DNA from: Macrostomum hystrix
Lineage: Eukaryota > Animalia > Platyhelminthes
Assembly: GCA_950097015.1 (NCBI GenBank)
Contig: CATNEN010000034.1
Location: 806,001-870,000 of the forward strand
Reading direction: 5' to 3'
Length of the DNA stretch: 64,000 nucleotides
Shown: piece by piece, positions 58,001-64,000 of the stretch
How positions within the stretch are numbered: position 1 is the stretch's first letter
Layout of the letters: each line of letters starts with the position of its first letter
Notes under the pieces: generated by a model
What the model was told of the DNA's origin: nothing
The model's input: the letters and a program-made list of their open reading frames with translations, nothing else
Database searches by the model: none
Made by a program: the position numbers and the translations under genes

Positions 58001-58412
58001 CTGCGATTCCAGATACTGTTCTTGCTGCGATTCCAGATACTGTTCTTGCTGCGATTCCTGAGACTGTTCTTGCTGCAATTCCGGATAATGTTCCTGCTGC
58101 GATTCCAGATACTGTTTCTGCAGCGATTCTAGATACTGTTCTAGCTGCGATTCCAGATACTGTTCGTGCTGCGATTTCAGGTGTTCTTGCTACGATTCCA
58201 GATATTGTTCTTGCTACGATTCCAAATACTATTCTTGCTGCGATTCCAGATATTGTTCTTGCTGCGATTCCAGATACTGTTCTTTCTGAGATTCCAGATA
58301 ATGTTCTTGCTGCGATTCCAGATACTGTTTCAGCTGCACTTCTGCTTCTACCGCGATTCTAGCTACTGGTCTAGTCTTCTTACTCACTGTATTTATTTGC
58401 GTACTCACTTAG
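55044..58412 (+). CDS. Putative secreted/GPI-anchored protein, partial; candidate exons 55044..55258, about 55493..55749 (frame unresolved), 57066..57190, 58334..58412
   Basis: Open exons flanked by AG/GT. 57066..57190 ends in phase 2 and 58334 starts in phase 2, giving ...GECEQNKFGLICTSASTAILATGLVFLLTVFICVLT*, a small-residue stretch plus terminal hydrophobic tail. Tandem arrays fill the inferred introns. The 5' end was not found. Confidence 0.55.
55812..57012. repeat. CAG-derived 36-42-nt minisatellite
   Basis: Unit GCAGCAGCAGCATCAGCAAAAGCAGAAACAACAGCAGTAGCC with length variants in steps of 3. Confidence 0.95.
57490..58333. repeat. 24-nt minisatellite (GATACTGTTCTTGCTGCGATTCCA) with an internal higher-order duplication
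   Basis: About 35 units; a block at about 57790-57945 recurs at about 58170-58325. Confidence 0.93.
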
Positions 58413-58757
58413 CGATCGCGGTAAGTGCACATTTTAAGAGATGCACAATATACAAAAGCAAGAATGCATTGGATGCATGCTTTGGCAAAATTAGGTTTTG
58501 CACGCACTATTTCTGATTACAAGCACCTCCTTATCCCAATCCTTAGGAGCCGAGGGCGCTGCTGCTTCGCTTCAGAGTAGGTGGGCGCGGCGCATTATTT
58601 GATTTGAGCCATGCAGCAAACACAATTTGTCTGCCGGCCTAGGGGTGGCCCCGCCCGCTAATCACCCTCTGCTTCTGAGTTCTCCGTCTTCTCATCCTCC
58701 TTCGTTCAACGTAAGAGTATATCCTTACTCATTCTGGCCTGTTTCAGTGGCTTGATC

Positions 58758-59707
58758 GCTGGGAATGGGATGCTGACTCACTGGGAATGGGATGCTGACT
58801 CACTGGGAATGGGATGCTGACTCACAGGGAATGGGAGGCTGACTCACTGGGAATGGGATGCTGACTCACTGGGAATGGGATGCTGACTCACTGGGAATGG
58901 GATGCTGACTCACTGGGAATGGGAGGCTGACTCACAGGGAATGGGAGGCTGACTCACTGGGAATGGAATGCTGACTCACAGGGAATGGGATGCTGACTCA
59001 CTGGGAATGGGATGCTGACTCACTGGGAATGGAATGCTGACTCACAGGGAATGGGATGCTGACTCACTGGGAATGGAATGCTGACTCACTGGGAATGGGA
59101 TGCTGACTCACTGGGAATGGGATGCTGCCTCACTGGGAATGGAATGCTGCCTCACTGGGAATGGAATGCTGACTCACTGGGAATAGATTGCTGACTCACA
59201 GGGAATGGGATGCTGACTCACAGGGAATGGGATGCTGACTCACAGGGAATTGGATGCTGACTCACTGGGAATGGGATGCTGACTCACTGGGAATGGGATG
59301 CTGCCTCACTGGGAATGGAATGCTGACTCACTGGGAATAGAATGCTGACTCACAGGGAATGGGATGCTGACTCACAGGGAATGGGATGCTGACTCACTGG
59401 GAATGGGATGCTGACTCACAGGGAATGGAATGCTGACTCACAGGGAATGGAATGCTGACTCACAGGGAATGGGATGCTGACTCACAGGGAATGGGAGGCT
59501 GACTCACAGGGAATGGAATGCTGACTCACAGGGAATGGGATGCTGACTCACAGGGAATGGGATGCTGACTCACAGGGAATGGGATGCTGACTCACAGGGA
59601 ATGGGAGGCTGACTCACAGGGAATGGAATGCTGACTCACAGGGAATGGGATGCTGACTCACTGGGAATGGGATGCTGACTCACAGGGAATGGGAGGCTGA
59701 CTCACTG
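58758..59707. repeat. 22-nt minisatellite (GGGAATGGGATGCTGACTCACT)
   Basis: About 43 units. Confidence 0.95.
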
Positions 59708-61017
59708 GATGCTGTCTCACTGGATTCTAACTCAAAATACGATAACCATTACGTCGAAAGAAGCGGAAATATGTGAGATATTAGCTTGGATACAGTCCTA
59801 TAGGGCTTTGGTGAGCGTGTCACTCATTCATTTTTCTGTTATGTCTTTAAGAAGGTAAAATCTGGAGATTTACTCAGACTGAGGAGCCATCTAATCCAAT
59901 AGAATATTTCCCCAGGTGACAGCCAAGATCCTAGAGCTCGCTTGAACCTGTCACGCCAAATCTATACACAATAACATCCCAAACCCGTCTGTGTCAGGCC
60001 ACATCCCCACTTCTCTCTCTTGCCCCAGAGTGAGATCCCGCGTGATGCTAATTTTATCCCACCCTGCCCCCACTAATTCCTCATACTTATTCCGGGCAAG
60101 CTACAAAGGTTCGATCCCTCGGGATCCGGGAGAACGCGCCCACCACCCCACTCCTACCGAATGCCGCCGCAGAGAGTGACTCTGAACGATTGGAAGATTG
60201 AAGAAACACGTTGATGGAGGGAAGACAGGCAGATATCGACATGTCCCTCACCCCTCGGCCTCAGTTGCTTTCGTTTTTTTACTTTCAGTGTGCTGCCAGT
60301 TTTCTAAATTTAGTTCCACACTTGAGCAACTGGCCCCCCAACTACCCTAGGCTAGGGTGGAGATAGGAGATCGATAGCTCCACTTCCCACCAGCCATCAT
60401 GAGTCCTAACCACACGATGCTGAGAAAACACAAGCGCACACACACACACAAGAGACACTTGTGAGCACTTAAGAGCAGGAGATGAATCTTCGGGCAGGGT
60501 TCCCTCACTTCGTTCCCGCCTGTCTACCGTGTCAAAGAAAACAATTGACGGGTCGGTTCCATAGCCAGATATCACCCAGCCGCCCCCGTGACCCATTTGG
60601 CAGTTGTCAATTGAAGTTGTGTAAAAGCTGATTAAAGAAACAATCCATTATGCATCGAGTATGAAGACGAGAGCTATGATATGTTTGAGATGGGATTAGA
60701 TTTCGTGTGCGTGACTAGCCAGCAAGCTCTAGTGCCTAAATTGTATCCATTGCCAGCTATTCATAAAATTTCCTCTTCCTATTTTTCCCCGCTGCCTATT
60801 TTCGTAGCCGTACAAGGGCCGTGGGAACTTGTCAATCGCTTGAAATATGAATCGAGACTTCGAAACTGACAGCCCACCTCACTCCGCTGATTCCAACTCA
60901 GAACATTCTGCGCGTGTTTAAAAACTGTTCAACTGAAAACTAGTCAGATCAGTGGGAATAGGAAGACCTGAAGAAGCAAACTAGAAGACCTTTCAGTCTA
61001 TGTTGTGGAAAATTTGT

Positions 61018-62060
61018 GGATGTCAGGGTAGGCAGTTGAGGATGTCAGGGTAGGCAGTTGAGGATGTCAGGGTAGACAGTTGAGGATGTCAGGGTAGGCA
61101 GTTGAGGATGTCAGGGTAGGCAGTTGAGGATGTCAGGGTAGGCAGTTGAGGATGTCAGGGTTGGCAGTTGAGGATGTCAGGGTAGGCAGTTGAAGATGTC
61201 AGGGTTGGCAGTTGAAGATGTCAGGGTTGGCAGTTGAAGATGTCAGGGTAGGCAGTTGAGGATGTCAGGGTTGGCAGTTGAGGATGTCAGGGTAGGCAGT
61301 TGAGGATGTCAGGGTAGACAGTTGAGGATGTCAGGGTAGGCAGTTGAGGATGTCAGGGTAGGCAGTTGAGGATGTCAGGGTAGGCAGTTGAGGATGTCAG
61401 GGTTGGCAGTTGAGGATGTCAGGGTAGGCAGTTGAAGATGTCAGGGTTGGCAGTTGAAGATGTCAGGGTTGGCAGTTGAAGATGTCAGGGTAGGCAGTTG
61501 AGGATGTCAGGGTTGGCAGTTGAGGATGTCAGGGTAGGCAGTTGAAGATGTCAGGGTTGGCAGTTGAGGATGTCAGGGTAGGCAGTTGAGGATGTCAGGG
61601 TAGACAGTTGAGGATGTCAGGGTAGGCAGTTGAAGATGTCAGGGTTGGCAGTTGAGGATGTCAGGGTTGGCAGTTGAAGATGTCAGGGTTGGCAGTTGAA
61701 GATGTCAGGGTTGGCAGTTGAGGATGTCAGGGTTGGCAGTTGAGGATGTCAGGGTAGGCAGTTGAGGATGTCAGGGTAGACAGTTGAGGATGTCTGGGTA
61801 GGCAGTTGAGGATGTCTGGGTAGACAGTTGAGGATGTCAGGGTAGACAGTTGAGGATGTCTGGGTAGACAGTTGAGGATGTCTGGGTAGACAGTTGAGGA
61901 TGTCAGGGTAGACAGTTGAGGATGTCAGGGTAGACAGTTGAGGATGTCTGGGTAGACAGTTGAGGATGTCAGGGTTGGCAGTTGAAGATGTCAGGGTTGG
62001 CAGTTGAAGATGTCAGGTTTGGCAGTTGAGGATGTCAGGGTTGGCAGTTGAGGATGTCAG
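61018..62060. repeat. 22-nt minisatellite (GAGGATGTCAGGGTAGGCAGTT)
   Basis: About 47 units. Confidence 0.95.
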
Positions 62061-62073
62061 TATAGACAATAGA

Positions 62074-62281
62074 CTAACCATTGGCGATCATCTCTCTTCG
62101 TATGGCCTCGATTCTACGCCAGAACTGGCACTGACGCCTTCTGAGGTTGCTGGCCTTGGCATAGTTGACGCCTGTTTTGGTATCCAGCACAATGTGTGAG
62201 CGGTTGTATCTCGTGTACTGCGGCCAAGTCATGAAGGCGTCCTTCACTAGCGGTGTGGCGACGTCGGCCTGGTTCGGGTTG
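62074..62281 (-). CDS. 3' exon of a type-B carboxylesterase/cholinesterase-family gene that continues beyond the window end
   Basis: Phase-2 acceptor at 62282, then (G)NPNQ...WPQYT...LRRRQCQFW, matching the family C-terminal GNPN / WPxY / LRxxxCxFW motifs. Confidence 0.8.
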
Positions 62282-62699
62282 CTATGGGAACGAAGGAGAT
62301 GTAAGGTGTCTAATTGTAACGAATTGGTACGAATTTTTGTCATCAAATATTTGTAGCTCTATCGTATATCGTATTGAAACATTCAGGCCAATCTAATCAA
62401 TAAAATATGCCAGGAACAATCGCTGTCTGTGTAGCATCTCCATTTCAAATCCCGGCTCACATCTTATCCCACCTTATTTTGTAAGATCCCTGTAGGAGCT
62501 CTTCTCAGCTGCTTCTCGAGTGTCACCCACTTGTGTTTGCCTATCAAACGCAGGGTTTGCATTTCCGCTACTTACTCGTCTGCCAGAGACTTTGTGAGTG
62601 CGGCGGGCATCCAGGTGTGCGATAGAGAACTGAAACTACCCGCGTTTCTTAGAATATTTACTCCACATCTAGGCACCGATTATACACCACAGAGAGCTG

Positions 62700-64000
62700 C
62701 ATCTACTCAGCTATCCGGATGGGGCAGCTGGATCTACTCAGCTATCCAAATGAGGCAGCTAGATCTACTCAGCTTTCCGGATTGGGTAGCTAGATCTACT
62801 CAGCTTTCCGGATTGGGTAGCTAGATCTACTCAGCTTTCTGGATTGGGCAGCTAGATCTACTCAGCTTTCCGGATTGGGTAGCTAGATCTACTCAGCTTT
62901 CCGGATAAGGCAGCTAGATCTACTCAGCTTTCTGGATCGGGTAGCTAGATCTACTCAGCTTTCCGGATAAAGCAGCTAGATCTACTCAGCTTTCCGGATA
63001 AGGTAGCTAGATCTACTCAGCTTTCTGGATTGGGTAGCTAGATCTACTCAGCTTTCCGGATAAGGCAGCTAGATCTACTCAGCTTTCTGGATCGGGTAGC
63101 TAGATCTACTCAGCTTTCTGGATTGGGTAGCTAGATCTACTCAGCTTTCCGGATCGGGTAGCTAGATCTACTCAGCTTTCTGGATCGGGTAGCTAGATCT
63201 ACTCAGCTTTCTGGATTGGGTAGCTAGATCTACTCAGCTTTCTGGATTGGGTAGCTAGATCTACTCAGCTATCCGGATCGGGTAGCTAGACCTACTCAGC
63301 TTTCTGGATTGGGTAGCTAGATCTACTCAGCTTTCTGGATTGGGCAGCTAGATCTACTCAGCTTTCCGGATAAGGCAGCTAGATCTACTCAGCTTTCCGG
63401 ATAAGGCAGCTAGATCTACTCAGCTTTCCGGATTGGGCAGCTAGATCTACTCAGCTTTCTGGATCGGGTAGCTAGATCTACTCAGCTTTCCGGATAAAGC
63501 AGCTAGATCTACTCAGCTTTCTGGATTGGGCAGCTAGATCTACTCAGCTTTCTGGATTGGGCAGCTAGATCTACTCAGCTTTCTGGATTGGGCAGCTAGA
63601 TCTACTCAGCTTTCTGGATCGGGTAGCTAGATCTACTCAGCTTTCTGGATCGGGTAGCTAGATCTACTCAGCTTTCCGGATGGGGCAGCTGGATCTACTC
63701 AGCTTTCCGGATTGGGCAGCTAGATCTACTCAGCTTTCTGGATTGGGCAGCTAGATCTACTCAGCTTTCTGGATCGGGTAGCTAGATCTACTCAGCTTTC
63801 TGGATCGGGTAGCTAGATCTACTCAGCTTTCTGGATCGGGTAGCTAGATCTACTCAGCTTTCTGGATCGGGCAGCTAGATCTACTCAGCTTTCTGGATCG
63901 GGTAGCTAGATCTACTCAGCTTTCCGGATTGGGCAGCTAGATCTACTCAGCTTTCTGGATCGGGTAGCTAGATCTACTCAGCTTTCTGGATCGGGTAGCT
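62700..64000. repeat. 31-nt minisatellite (GCTAGATCTACTCAGCTTTCTGGATCGGGTA), runs off the window end
   Basis: More than 40 units, in the carboxylesterase intron. Confidence 0.95.

Noticed and set aside
57448-58362. 304-aa DTVLAAIP repeat ORF
   Set aside because: It is a 24-nt minisatellite whose variants are mostly at first and second codon positions, the opposite of coding constraint, and other frames are open too.
60560-60600. HGGGW resembling an esterase oxyanion-hole motif
   Set aside because: The preceding hydrophobic beta strand (PVMVWI-type) and other catalytic motifs are absent.

Overview
Eukaryotic (metazoan) genomic DNA with GC3-rich exons and AT-rich introns packed with minisatellites. 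This style, plus the NPF-type genes, suggests a free-living flatworm such as Macrostomum (inference only). I reconstructed spliced genes by hand with consistent GT-AG phases. In order they are: an LRR-Ig single-pass receptor (+, 2640-11946), a secreted C-type-lectin-domain protein (+, 14551-15581+), a divergent bestrophin (+, 17481-23671), a FADS1/2-type front-end desaturase (-, 25269-29230), two tandem NPF/NPY precursors both ending RQRF-amide (-, 32385-32820 and 34690-35196), a group I PAK kinase (+, 43529-49482), a probable GPI-anchored protein largely missed by the ORF track (+, about 55044-58412), and the 3' exon of a carboxylesterase-family gene (-, 62074-62281). Mobile DNA comprises two tRNA-derived CORE-like SINE copies, a MITE with an 8-bp TSD, a 5'-truncated LINE whose tail forms a PAK splice donor, and a minimal hammerhead-ribozyme motif of the Penelope-like type between two (ATCT)n tracts. 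About 25 tandem arrays account for nearly all long ORFs in the ORF track, which are not genes. All alignments to known proteins were made from memory, not by database search.
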